Shown one piece after another: positions 39,400-51,863 of a stretch of DNA of 64,000 nt. The stretch lies in the NCBI GenBank assembly GCA_964016885.1, contig OZ024757.1, positions 15,748,001-15,812,000 of the forward strand. The letters run 5' to 3'. How positions within the stretch are numbered: the first letter of the stretch is position 1; every line of letters begins with the position of its first letter. The translations under genes and the position numbers were made by a program. Below the pieces are notes generated by a model, which saw only the letters and a program-made list of their open reading frames with translations, was not told the DNA's origin and ran no database searches. The stretch is from Eledone cirrhosa. Taxonomy: Eukaryota.

Positions 39400-40228
39400 C
39401 CACTCACCCAGCTAGCTCGACAGCAAACCAGCCTACCTACCGACTTGCCAGCCAGCTTAACCTACCAGCCAGCCAACCAACAAATTCAACAGCCAGCAAG
39501 CGATTCAACCAACCAGCCAACCTACCAACAACCCACCAGTCAGTCAGTCTACTGGCCTACCAGCTAACCAGCCAGCCAACCTACAAACCAGCCAGCCAAA
39601 CAAAGCACCAGTATGCCAGCCATCCGACTATCAGCCACCCACCAGCCAGCCAGCCAAACAAAGCACCAGTCAGCCAGCCATCCGTACCAGCCAGCCAACC
39701 CCTCTACCAACCAGCCAGCCAACCTACCAACAACCCACCAGTCAGTCAGTCTACTGGCCTACCAGCTAACCAGCCTGCCAGCCAACCAACCTACAAACCA
39801 GCCAGCCAAACAAAGCACCAGTCAGCCAGCCATCTGACAACCAGCCAGCCTCCCAGCCAGCCTTCCAGCCAACCCCCCTCCCTAACCACCGACCAACCCA
39901 ACAACCAGCCAGCCACCGACCAGCCCACCATCTCCCAGCCAGCCTAACAAACCAGCCAACCAACCCACTCACCAACCAACCAGCCTGCCAGCCAGGCTAT
40001 GGCTGCTGCTGCTGCTTTCTACATGTTTAGGACATCATTGGTGTATTGAGAAAGATCAATGTTTGATCAATTAGGTTAATCAATTTGACGAGCTGACTTG
40101 GAGCACAACACTTCAATTTCGGCTCCACTGCAGTCACACTTAGTAAGTACTGCTGTCTTGTTTACTGGCTTAGTTAACTACTACTACTACTACTGCTGCT
40201 ACTACTAGTACTACTACTACTACTACTA

Positions 40229-40262
<34 letters not shown>

Positions 40263-40390
40263 CACTACTACTACTACTACTGCTACTACTACTACTACTG
40301 CTGCTGCTGCTACTACTACTACTACTACTACTACTACTGCTACTACTACTACTACCACTACTACTACTACTACTACTACTGCTGCTACTA

Positions 40391-40425
<35 letters not shown>

Positions 40426-42030
40426 ACTACTACTGCTGCTGCTACTACTGCTGCTACTACTACTACTACCATTACTGCTACTACTACTACTATTACTATT
40501 ACTGCTGCTACTACTACTGCTGTTGCTACTACTGCTGCTGCTACTACTACTACTACTACTACTACTGCTGCCATTACTGCTACTACTACTACTACTACTA
40601 CTATTACTGCTGCTGCTACTACTACTGCTGCTGCTGCTGCTGCTACTACTACTACTACTACTACTGCTGCTACTACTACTGCTATTACTGCTGCTACTAC
40701 TACTACTACTACCATTACTGCTGCTACTGCTACTACTACTATTACTATTGCTGCTGCTGCTACTACTACTACTACAACTACTACCATTACTGCTGCTACT
40801 ATTACTACTACTACTACTGCTGCTACTACTACTACTATTACTGCTGCTACTACTACTACTATTACTGCTGCTACTACTACTACCATTACTGCTACTACTA
40901 CTACTACTACTACTGTTACTATTACTGCTGCTGCTACTACTACTATTACTATTGCTGCTGCTGCTACTACTACTACTGCTGCTGCTACTACTAACACCAC
41001 TGCCATCACAACAACCGCAACTGCCACCACCGCCATCACAATCACCAACGCCAACACTGTCACAAGCACCACCATCACCAACAACATCAACTTCATCAAC
41101 TCAACCAACAACAACAACACCATCACTGTCACAAACACCACCACTACAACCACCATCACCAGAACCACCACCACCATCATCATCACCAGAACCACAACAC
41201 CACCACTGACCACCACCACTATCACAAACACCGCCATCAACACCACCACAACACCACCACCGCCACCATCACTATCACTATCACAAACGCCACCACCACC
41301 ACCATCACTATCACAAACACCGCCACCACCACCATCACTATCATAAACACCACCACCACCACCACCACCATCACTATCATAAACACCACCACCACCACCA
41401 CCACCACCACCATCACTATCATAAACACTGTCACCATCACTATCACTATCACAAACACCACCACCACCACCATCACTATCATAAACACCACCACCACTAC
41501 CATCACTATCATAAACAACACCACTGCCACCATCATCACCATCACTATCACAAACACCACCACCACCACCATCACTATCACAAACACCACCACCACCACC
41601 ATCACTATCACAAACACCACCACCACCACCATCATCACCATCACTATCACAAACACCACCAACATCACTATCACAAAACCCACCACCAACAACATCACTT
41701 TCATAAACACCACCACCGCCACCATCATCATCATCACCATCACCAGAAGCACCACCATCACTATCACAAACACCACCGCCACCACCACCACCACCACTAT
41801 CACTATCACAAACACCACCACCAACAACATCACAATCATAAACACCACCATCACCACTGCCAACAACATCACTATCACAAACACCACCACCGCCACCATC
41901 ACTATCACTATCACAAACACCGCCACCACCACCATCACTATCACAAACACCACCACCAACAACATCACTATCTTAAACACCACCACCACCACCATCACCA
42001 CTACCACCAACATATACACCACCACAACAA
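39400..42030. repeat. (CCAG/CCAA)n, (CTA/CTG)n and (CCA/ATC)n low-complexity tracts
   Basis: Tetra- and trinucleotide repeats with a unique gap at about 40010-40170. Confidence 0.9.
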
Positions 42031-42321
42031 ATCAATCCTCACCAGACATAACTAAAGATGCCCACCCCCCCCTTACCAAATATGAACAATAATAAGTTAA
42101 AAACAATAAAAAGAAATGAGAATAGTGTGGGTGGGGGAGTGAGGTGGGGTGTATGTGTGGGAGAGTGGCTGTCTGGGTGTGTATGAATGTGTATGTGTGC
42201 ATATGAGTGTCTATGTGTGTGTGTATGTGTAGATGTGTGTATGTGTGTGTGTATGCGTATGTATGAGTGTGTGTGTATGTATGAGTGTGTGTGAGGGTAT
42301 GTATGTATGTATGTGTGTATA

Positions 42322-42357
<36 letters not shown>

Positions 42358-42371
42358 TGTATGTGTGTATA

Positions 42372-42406
<35 letters not shown>

Positions 42407-42448
42407 GTTTATATGCTTATATATATGTAAGCATATATGTGTGTGTGA

Positions 42449-42480
<32 letters not shown>

Positions 42481-42768
42481 ATATATATATCCACACACAC
42501 ATGTATGCTTACATATATATAAGCATATAAACACATACATACATACATATATATACACACATACATACATACACTCACACACACACTCATACATGCGCAT
42601 ACTCACTCAATTTATGCTTATATATATATATATGTATGTATATATATATATAAGCATAAATTTGTGTGTGTACCATATATATATACGTGTGTGTGTGTAT
42701 AGTGTGTATGTAAGTATATATATATATACATCCCAGCACATACATATATGTATGTGCTGGTATGTAAG

Positions 42769-42800
<32 letters not shown>

Positions 42801-42835
42801 CCAGCACATACATATATGTATGTGCTGGTATGTAA

Positions 42836-42868
<33 letters not shown>

Positions 42869-42901
42869 AGCACATACATATATGTATGTGCTGGTATGTA
42901 A

Positions 42902-42936
<35 letters not shown>

Positions 42937-42945
42937 CATACCAGC

Positions 42946-42983
<38 letters not shown>

Positions 42984-43292
42984 GCTGGTATGTATGTCTA
43001 TATATGGCTATATATGTTGATGATCATCATCATTCTGATGATATATCTCTGGATGATTTAGTTTGGAACAGGATGCAAAGTTTTGGCAGCTGACCAAAAC
43101 TCCACAACACCACCATGTCATATTTTCCTCTAACAACGCCCACACCAAATTCAATAGCATGCTTCATAATTCACTTCTTGTACTTGACCAGGAAATGTGC
43201 TGAAGATGGACAAGTCAGAGACGCCATTTTTGTTATATTCTACTAACACTTGTGGAGGACCCATGCCATGAATAATGACAGTGATAGTGTTA

Positions 43293-43760
43293 GAAGACAC
43301 GTGGCTTAGTGGTTAAAATATTGAGCTCACAATCATCAGGTTGTGAGTTCAAATCCTGGACCAGGTGGTGCATAGTGTTCTTGAGGAAGATACTTTATTT
43401 CACATTGTTCCAGTTTACTCAGCTGTAGAAATAAGTTGCACCGTCACTGATATATATCATCATCATCGTTTAACGTCTATCTTCCACGCTGTCATGGGTT
43501 AGATGGGAAATTGTCCCACTTGAGGCAAGTTGGGTCGGGTGACCGTGTCTTGCTCGTATAAGACTATCTGGCAGGTTTTCTACGGCTGGATGCCCTTCCT
43601 AACACAAACCACATTTAAATTGTGGACCGGGAGCCTTTTTTTACCGTGTTACCTACACGGACACATTACAACATGGACTGGGTGTTTTTTTGTCGTGACA
43701 CCTACACGACCTCATTAGTTTGGACTGGATGTTGTGGTACCAACATAACTTTATAGAGAA
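43293..43760. mobile_element. family B SINE (+, 43293-43450) next to family C SINE (-, 43458-43760)
   Basis: GTGGCTTAGTGG...GAGTTCAAATCC head; reverse-complement GGATGCCCTTCCTAACAC domain with a (CAT)n tail. Confidence 0.8.
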
Positions 43761-43802
43761 AGAGTGGTGTTGGCGGGGGTGGAAGGATGGAGTAGGGATA
43801 TA

Positions 43803-44275
43803 TAATAATAATAATAATAATGAAATTATTGTGTAAAGTGCTCAGGTGCACTACAACTCATCAAAGGTGCATGCATAGTACATAGAACAATATACAAATG
43901 TCTGGGAAGCGAATAGTGCATGAGTCATGATATATATGTGTGTATGTGTATGGAGGGGGAACACTCGGTACAGTGTTGGCGAATCTCGGGAAGCATGGAG
44001 GCCTTAAAGGATGCAGTGTCACGACAGCTAACAACTGATGCAGGCAGTTTGTTCCATGGAGGTCTTAAAGGATGCAGTGGCCCGACAGCTAACAACTGAT
44101 GCAGGCAGTTTGTTCCATGCTTCAGCAACTCTGAGCATGAAAAAATGTTTCTGCAAGACATGGTTATGCCGACTTTGTGGGCATAACCACGTGTGTTAGA
44201 CACATGGAAATCAAAAAGGTACTCGGGGTTGTTGTTGGCAAGATGGTTAACAATTTTGTGGGTGTTTACCAAGTA
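43803..44275 (-). mobile_element. CR1-clade LINE 3' end with an internal duplication of about 59 bp
   Basis: VNTHKIVNHL...LFDFHVSNTRG..HK and WNKLPASVVSCRDTASFK motifs typical of the CR1/L2 ORF2 C-terminus; (TTA)n tail. Confidence 0.8.
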
Positions 44276-44361
44276 AACATCATATATATATATGATGATG
44301 ATATATATACCTACTCCATCCTTTCACTCCGGCCAACACCACCCTTTATATATGGTAAATC

Positions 44362-44770
44362 GTGAAGGCACATGGCTTAGTGGTTAGACCATTGGGCTTA
44401 CAATCGTAGGATTGTAAGTTCAATTATTGGACCGGGCTTTGCGTTGTTTTCTTGAGCAAGACACTTTATTTCACATTACTCCAGTTCACTCAGCTGTAGA
44501 AATGAGTTGCGACGTCACTGGTGCCAAGTTGTATTGGCCATTGCCTTACGCTTGAACACCATCAGTGGTATGGAGAGGGGAGACCAGTATGTATGTGTGA
44601 TTGCTGGTCTTCCACAAACAATCTTGCCCAGGAGAGACGTGGCTTAGTAGTTAGAATGTTGCGCTCACAATCATCAGGTTGTGAGTTCATATCCTAGCCC
44701 AGGCTTGAGCCTTAGAGAGAAATTTCTAGGAGCAAAATCATGGTCATTCATGACCAAAGGCAGCTTTAAA
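44362..44770 (+). mobile_element. family B SINEs (two heads, nested or tandem)
   Basis: GTGAAGGCACATGGCTTAGTGG...CTTGAGCAAGACACTT; second head at about 44632. Confidence 0.75.
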
Positions 44771-45116
44771 GTGTTGGCTGTATTTAATGTCATATATACT
44801 AAAATTATTGGATATATGAGGGCCAGCTGAAAAATTCATAGGCTGACTAAGAAGGAGCAATGCTAGGGCTGTGAAATCTGTTTTGTTCTTTGAATAGCTG
44901 AAACACATTGATGGTTTGCATAAAAGCGACCCTATAATTTTTGCTGATTTCTGATATGTGTGAGTGAATAAAGATAAGAATGATATTTTTCAGCATTTCT
45001 GGTTATCTGAGCAATCAGACAAACTGGAGAATTTGCATTATGAAAAAAATTAATGGCTTGCAGAAGAGAATCTCTATAGGTTATGTTGATTACTGACATG
45101 TGGAAGTGATTAAAGA

Positions 45117-45305
45117 TAATTGTTTCTACTTTTGGCACAAGGCCAGCAATTACCCAGTACATTACTGATACTTTATTTTATCGACCCCGTAAGGATGAAA
45201 GGCAAAGTTAACCTCGGCGGGATTTGAACTCAGACCGTAAAGGGACGTAACTATGCTGGAAAGCATGGCGTCCGACTCTCTACTGATACTGCCAATCCAC
45301 CGCCC
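45117..45305 (-). mobile_element. SINE family A, full length, with an apparent target-site duplication
   Basis: Flanked on both sides by AGTGATTAAAGATAAT (about 45105 and 45307). Confidence 0.9.
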
Positions 45306-45377
45306 TAGTGATTAAAGATAATGATGATATATTAATAATTTATTTTGAACATATAATTACCTACATGCGCACATATA

Positions 45378-45543
45378 CAGGGCCTATGAGAGGTGGGGAT
45401 CCAGCCAGTTCTTTCTTCTGGAGCCCAAGAGCTAAGAAGGCTCCACAGCAGCCATGCAACATCCATTTTGATAAAAAGTTTTGCCTGCTTTGGGCCCCAA
45501 AGGGGTCTTGTACAGTCTTGCAAAATTCCTCTTGGAGGCCCTG
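45378..45543. mobile_element. hAT-like MITE
   Basis: Imperfect TIRs CAGGGCCTATGAGAGG / CCTCTTGGAGGCCCTG (13 of 16); the 8-bp flanks match only partially. Confidence 0.55.
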
Positions 45544-45719
45544 CATACACACACACACATATATAGTGGTAAAAAAAAAATGGTAAGTAGAGCACTCAGT
45601 CCAAAAGATGAGTTTGGTACAGAGTTAGTTCCACAATAAATTAGCAAACCATACTCGAGGACGCGTGTTTGCTGAATGGATTTCCAATCCATGTATGGTT
45701 GCATGAAACATACACACAC

Positions 45720-45773
<54 letters not shown>

Positions 45774-45796
45774 GTATATATATTTATATATATATG

Positions 45797-45841
<45 letters not shown>

Positions 45842-45842
45842 T

Positions 45843-46183
45843 TCATCATCATCATCATTTCATTTTACGTCCGCTTTTTCCCTGTTTGCAAGGGTGGGAC
45901 GGGAACTGATTCTGGCTTGATTTCTACAGCTGGATGCCCTTCCTAACACCAACCTCATTTACAGTGAGTGCTGGGTGCTTTTTTGCCGTGGCACCTCCAC
46001 GACTACTTTGCCGTGGAATGATAGGGACCCCAGTCCCTATCATCTCATTTCTACAGCTGAGTAAACTGGAGCAATGTGAAATAAAGTGTCTTGCTCAAGG
46101 AAACAACACATTACCTGGTCTGAGAATTGAACTCACAACCTTTCGATTGCAGGGCCAATGTTCTAACCACTAAGTCATGTGCC
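45843..46183 (-). mobile_element. chimeric SINE of about 335 bp (B head + C domain + RTE tail), copy 1
   Basis: Reverse complement of 47122-47456. Confidence 0.9.
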
Positions 46184-46493
46184 AACCTCTCTCTTTGGAC
46201 TATCTTTTATTTCCTACATCTATCCTTTGTGATCCTGTCTCTATTTTTTTTATGTGTCGGGTTTTAACCCCGAAGAAGAGCTAAAGACCGACACACTGAA
46301 CTTTCTTTCTCCTTTTCCATATAAAGCGTGAAACTAATAAGACTTTTGGTACCTCTGTTTGTCGTTTCTTTGAACTATATATATATATATATGTGTGTGT
46401 GTGTTGGTGTGTGTATGTGTGTGTGTTGGTGTGTGTATGTGTGTGTGTGTGTATATATATGTGTGTGTGTGTATATATATATGTGTGTATATA

Positions 46494-46546
<53 letters not shown>

Positions 46547-46652
46547 ATATATGTGTAGGTATATATATATATATGTGTGTGTATATATGTGTGTGTGTAT
46601 ATATATATGTGTGTATATATATATATATGTGTGTGTGTATGTATATATGTGT

Positions 46653-46740
<88 letters not shown>

Positions 46741-46781
46741 GTGTATATATATATATATATGTGTATATATATGTGTGTGTA

Positions 46782-46831
<50 letters not shown>

Positions 46832-47121
46832 AGTCTATACAAATGTCTCTCATTGTCGGTGATAGTTGCTAACTATGTTTACACTCTGTATTTCCTGCTT
46901 GTTGCTCACGTTACTTTTCAGTCGATCATCTTGCCTGGTAATGGAAAGAGAGAGATAGCCAATAGGTTTTTACAATAGCCGAAAATGGATACACTACAAC
47001 TATATTTGATTGGGTGTTTCTCTGTGAGCTAGAAACGGAAACCAGAATAGCTGAGGTCTTTAATTGGATGAGAATAGAGATATAGAGGGATAGATAGATC
47101 GACATATATATATATATATAT

Positions 47122-47454
47122 GGAGGCACATGGCTTAGTGGTTAGAGCATTGTCCTTGCAATCGAAAGGTTGTGAGTTCAATTCTCAGACCGGGTGATGT
47201 GTTGTTTCCTTGAGCAAGACACTTTATTTCACATTGCTCCAGTTTACTCAGCTGTAGAAATGAGATGATAGGGACTGGGGTCCATATCATTCCACTGCAA
47301 AGTGGTCGTGTAGGTGCCACGGAAAAAAAGCACCCAGCACTCACTGTAAATGAGGTTGGTGTTAGGAAGGGCATCCAGCTGTAGAAATCAAGCCAGCATC
47401 AGTTCCTGTCCCACCCTTGCAAGCAGGGAAAAAGTGGACGTAAAATGAAATGAT

Positions 47455-47456
<2 letters not shown>
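47122..47456 (+). mobile_element. chimeric SINE of about 335 bp, copy 2
   Basis: tRNA head, CCTTGAGCAAGACACTT, then AGGAAGGGCATCCAGCTGTAGAAA and the tail CTTGCAAGCAGGGAAAAAGTGGACGTAAAATGA. Confidence 0.9.
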
Positions 47457-47508
<52 letters not shown>

Positions 47509-47592
47509 GTAGGAGGTGAGTTTTTTTATTGTAGTACAATAAAGCAATGCAGATATCGGATAAGAAGCACTCTACAGTTTGTAGGACTGGAG

Positions 47593-47728
47593 TATACATA
47601 ATATATAAGAAAAAAAGATGGTTAAAAGAGTTCCATGTATTTTATTATGCGCATTTCAATATTTTGTTTTTGAAATGCGCATAATAAAATACATGGAACT
47701 CTTTTAACCATCTTTTGTTCTTATATAT

Positions 47729-47736
<8 letters not shown>
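47593..47736. repeat. fold-back inverted repeat, 67-bp arms, 10-nt spacer
   Basis: 47593-47659 is the reverse complement of 47670-47736 with 2 mismatches; the inner 47 bp are perfect. Confidence 0.95.
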
Positions 47737-47772
<36 letters not shown>

Positions 47773-47882
47773 GGTTTGAGGTTCACTTGCATGCCGCTGT
47801 TCATTATTACATTTTCGCCCTCGGGTCCTCGATTTTCATACCCCATGGATTTTATCTATTACATTCATGCATTATATTTCGA

Positions 47883-47940
47883 ATACCTGATGATATCACC
47901 GGATTCATACGGAACCCGGTCATTGAAATGATCATAGTAT
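47883..47940 (+). ncRNA. type I minimal hammerhead ribozyme motif in an island of about 220 bp embedded in (TA)n (47768-47990)
   Basis: AUAC CUGAUGA UAUCACCGGAUUC-AUACG-GAACCCGGUCAUU GAAA UGAUCA UA GUAU, followed immediately by AAUAAA. Confidence 0.8.
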
Positions 47941-48023
47941 AATAAACCTTTCAAGGATTTACACAAATCCAGCCTCCTGTCATTTCATTAAAAAAAAAAA
48001 AATATATATATATATATATATAG

Positions 48024-48217
48024 ATTAAGACAGGGGGGAAGAAAAAATGGCTTCACTTGTGCTTTCAACAAATTTATTTTCTTCACAAAATCCAAAAAGA
48101 ATTTTCCTTAAAAAAAATTATTTTATAAATTAAGAAAAATTCTTTTTGGATTTTGTAAAGAAAATAAATTTGTTGAAAGCACAAGTGAAGCCATTTTTTC
48201 TTCCCCCCTGTCTTAAT
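48024..48217. repeat. fold-back inverted repeat, 88-bp arms, 18-nt spacer
   Basis: 48024-48111 is the reverse complement of 48130-48217 with 2 mismatches. Confidence 0.95.
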
Positions 48218-48267
48218 ATACCTAACTGTACCAAGGATTACACACATTTTCCAATATATATATATAT

Positions 48268-48327
48268 ATAGGAACCAGTAAGACCCCGACACTTGAGCTC
48301 AGCTGTCGGGGTCTTGCTGGTTCCTAT
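48268..48327. repeat. 24-bp-arm hairpin
   Basis: ATAGGAACCAGTAAGACCCCGACA / TGTCGGGGTCTTGCTGGTTCCTAT with one T-G pair and a 12-nt loop. Confidence 0.9.
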
Positions 48328-48409
48328 TACCTACTCTACTACCTCAAGTATTGAGTACTTTGGTGCGTTATGGTCCACCTGGTTCCTTACCACATTTCCT
48401 TCGTTATAT

Positions 48410-48754
48410 CATTTCATCATCATTTCATTTTACGTCCGCTTTTTCCCTGCTTGCAAGGGTGGGACGGGAACTGATTCTGGCTTGATTTCTACAGCTGGAT
48501 GCCCTTCCTAACACCAACCTCATGTACAGTGAGTGCTGGGTGCTTTTTTTTTGCCGTGGCACCTCCACGACCACTTTGCAGTGGAATGATAGGGACCCCA
48601 GTCCCTATCATCTCATTTCTACAGCTGAGTAAACTGGAGCAATGTGAAATAAAGTGTCTTGCTCAAGGAAACAACACATCACCCGGTCTGAGAATTGAAC
48701 TCACAACCTTTTGATTGCAAGGCCAATGCTCTAACCACTAAGCCATGTGCCTCC
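48410..48754 (-). mobile_element. chimeric SINE of about 335 bp, copy 3
   Basis: Reverse complement of 47122-47456. Confidence 0.9.
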
Positions 48755-48848
<94 letters not shown>

Positions 48849-48853
<5 letters not shown>

Positions 48854-49070
48854 GGCGTGTGGCTGAGTGGTTAGAGAATTGGATTCACAATCGTGAGGTC
48901 ATGAGTTCGATTCCCGAACCGGGCAATGCGTTATGTCCTTGAGCAAGTTACTTTATTTCACGTTGCTCCTTCTACCTGGAGTTGCGACCGATAGATAGTT
49001 TTAGCAATTGGAAAGACCCATGGAAACATTGTTTCCTCGGTCCGATTTGACGAAAGTTGATCGATTAGAA
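48849..49070 (+). mobile_element. family B SINE
   Basis: Paralog of 13174-13400, including the tail GGAAACATTGTTTCCTCGGTCCGATTTGA. Confidence 0.85.
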
Positions 49071-49277
49071 AATATATATATATATATATGTGTGTGTGTA
49101 TATATATATATGTGTGTATATATATATATATGTGTGAATATATATATATATGTGTGTGTATATATATATATATGTGTATATATATATGTTTGTGTGTATA
49201 TATATATATGTGTATATATATATATGTTTGTGTGTATATATATATGTGTGTGTATATATATATATGTCTGTGTGTAT

Positions 49278-49618
49278 TCATTTCATTTCATTTCATTTTA
49301 CGTCCACTTTTTCCCTGTTTGCAAGGGTGGGACGGGAACTGATTCTGGCTTGATTTCTACAGCTGGATGCCCTTCCTAACACCAACCTCATTTACAGTGA
49401 GTGCTGGGTGGTTTTTGCCGTGGCACCTACACGACCACTTTGCAGTGGAATGATATGGACCCTAGTCCCTATCATCTCATTTCTACAGCTGAGTAAACTG
49501 GAGCATTGTGAAATAAAGTGTCTTGTTCAAGGAAACAACACATCACTCGGTCCGAGAATTGAACTTACAACCTTTCGATTGCAAGGCCAATGCTCTAACC
49601 ACTAAGCCATGTGCCTCC
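49278..49618 (-). mobile_element. chimeric SINE of about 335 bp, copy 4
   Basis: Reverse complement of 47122-47456. Confidence 0.9.
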
Positions 49619-49825
49619 TATATATATATATATACACACCTACAAACACATACATATATATATATATACACACACCTACAACCACATACATATATATATA
49701 TATACATACATATATATATACACACACATATATATATATACACACATATATATATATACACACACACATATATAAATATACACACATACACATATATATA
49801 TACACACACATACACATATATATAT

Positions 49826-49874
<49 letters not shown>

Positions 49875-50032
49875 TATATATACATATACACAAATACACA
49901 CACAGACACGCATATATACAAATACGTACACACCGACACACGTGGTCAAGAGTGAAATTACAGTGTGGCTATTGGCAAAACAATAGTTTCTACTTTAGAC
50001 ACGAGGCCAGCAATTTGTGGGGAGTGAAAAGT

Positions 50033-50703
50033 CAATTATATTAATCCTGGTACTTTATTTTATAGACCCCAGAAGTACAAAAGGCATTACCTCCCTCTCT
50101 GCTCCCATCTTCCCCTTCAAGTGGAACTTGAAGAAGTTGAGGACTTGGCTGGAGAGGAAAGTTCCTGTCCTCAATCTTTTTAGGCAAGTCCACCTACAGC
50201 TTCCTTTGCCAATTATATTAATCCTGGTACTTTATTTTATAGACCCCAGAAGTACAAAAGGCATTACCTTCCTCTTCAAGTGGAACTTGAAGAAGTTGAG
50301 GACTTGGCTGGAGGGGAAAGTTCCTGTCCTCAATCTTTTTAGGCAAGTCCACCTACAGCTTCCTTTGCCAATTATATTAATCCTGGTACTTTATTTTATA
50401 AACCCCAGAAGTACAAAAGGCATTACCTTCCTCTTCAAGTGGAACTTGAAGAAGTTGAGGACTTGGCTGGAGGGGAAAGTTCCTGTCCTCAATCTTTTTA
50501 GGCAAGTCCACCTACAGCTTCCTTTGCCAATTATATTAATCCTGGTACTTTATTTTATAAACCCCAGAAGTACAAAAGGCATTACCTTCCTCTCGACTCC
50601 CACCTTCCTCTTCAAGTGGAACTTGAAGAAGTTGAGGACTTGGCTGGAGAGGAAAGTTCCTGTCCTCAATCTTTTTAGGCAAGTCCACCTACAGCTTCCT
50701 TTG
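50033..50703. repeat. 159/177-bp x4 tandem of a SINE-A fragment fused to non-SINE sequence
   Basis: AATTATATTAATCCTGGTACTTTATTTT at 50034, 50211, 50370 and 50529. Confidence 0.9.
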
Positions 50704-50869
50704 TCAAAGCTATGAAGTAGAGGAAGACTTACCACATACCCCTTCTACAAGAAGGTGACTGTTCAATCGTCACTATAGACCCATCTGATGGCTGGATCTG
50801 TCCTATGTGTGATACCAGTTGTTCGACCCAGGTCTACAAAGCATGTCACTGAATGACAGCATGTAGGAT

Positions 50870-51358
50870 GGTTTCTGATTTAGGCACAAGGTAAACAATT
50901 TTGGGAGTAAAGGGAAGTCAATTAAATCAACCCTAGTGTGTTACTGGTACTTTATTTTATTGACCTCAGAACGTAAAGGGCCGTAATTAAATACTGCAAA
51001 CCATTTCATCCAACGCTCTACAGATTCTGCCTATCCACCACCCTATAACAATAATTGCTTCTACTTTTTGGCACAAGGCCAGCAATTACCCCAGTGCATT
51101 ACTGGTGCTTTATTATATCGACTATGTTAGGATGAAAGGCAAATTTAACCTTGACGGGATAAGAGCTCAGAACGTAAAGAGACATAACTCTATGCCGCAA
51201 AGCATACCGATACTGCCAATCCACCGTAATAATTGTTTCTACTTTAGGCACAAGGCCAGCAATTACCCAGTGCATTACTGGTACTTTATTTTATCGACCC
51301 CGTGAGGATGAAAGGCAAAGTCAACCTCGGCGGGATTTGAACTCAGATCGTAAAGGGA
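50870..51358 (-). mobile_element. cluster of three family A SINE pieces
   Basis: Repeated GGCACAAGG...CTGGTACTTTATTTTAT...GAACTCAGA. Confidence 0.8.
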
Positions 51359-51779
51359 TAATAATAATAATAACAATACTCTAGAAGTGATGAGATCTAA
51401 TAACAGAGAACAAGAGGGTGGGGGAAACGTTTGTAATCGAAAAATGAATGGTTTATATATTATAACAGGAGTGAAAAATTGTAAAAATGGTTAGAGAAAA
51501 ATTGGATTGCCTGTTGCGGTTATTTAAACAGAAAAAAAGATGAAGGTGGTTTTGGCTGCAGTAAATAGCTGGACACGCCCACAACATGCTGGACTGTTTG
51601 TCGTGGGATTCTTAATGGTACAGTTTTGTATTTATATTTATTGGAAAACTTGGTTTTGTTTGGTTGGTTCGTTGGCTTTCTTTCTTTATCTCTTTCTTTC
51701 TTTCTTTTCTTTCTCACCAAACATTAAACTTGTTGATGTCGATAAACCGAAACTGTTTGTGCAGTTGTTGCTTTGAAAT

Positions 51780-51832
51780 AATCAACATCATCATCATCAG
51801 CAATATCATCATGATCATCGTCATCATCATTG

Positions 51833-51863
<31 letters not shown>

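Noticed and set aside
43330-43345. TCATCAG (minus-strand CUGAUGA), also at about 44670, and CTGATGA at about 443, 9423, 43035, 61373 and 62041
   Set aside because: No stem II plus GAAA or pairable stem I; not hammerheads.
46253-46295. Hairpin TGTGTCGG...CCGACACA around CCGAAGAAGAG
   Set aside because: Lacks CUGANGA and GAAA cores; at most a decayed repeat remnant.
48849-48925. tRNA-like sequence with A and B boxes (also 13174, 47122 and others)
   Set aside because: No proper acceptor stem, and it continues into a SINE body; these are SINE heads, not tRNA genes.
51540-51776. 78-aa ATG ORF MKVVLAAVNSW...
   Set aside because: No recognisable motif, weak splice signals, and the C-terminal half is T-rich low complexity.
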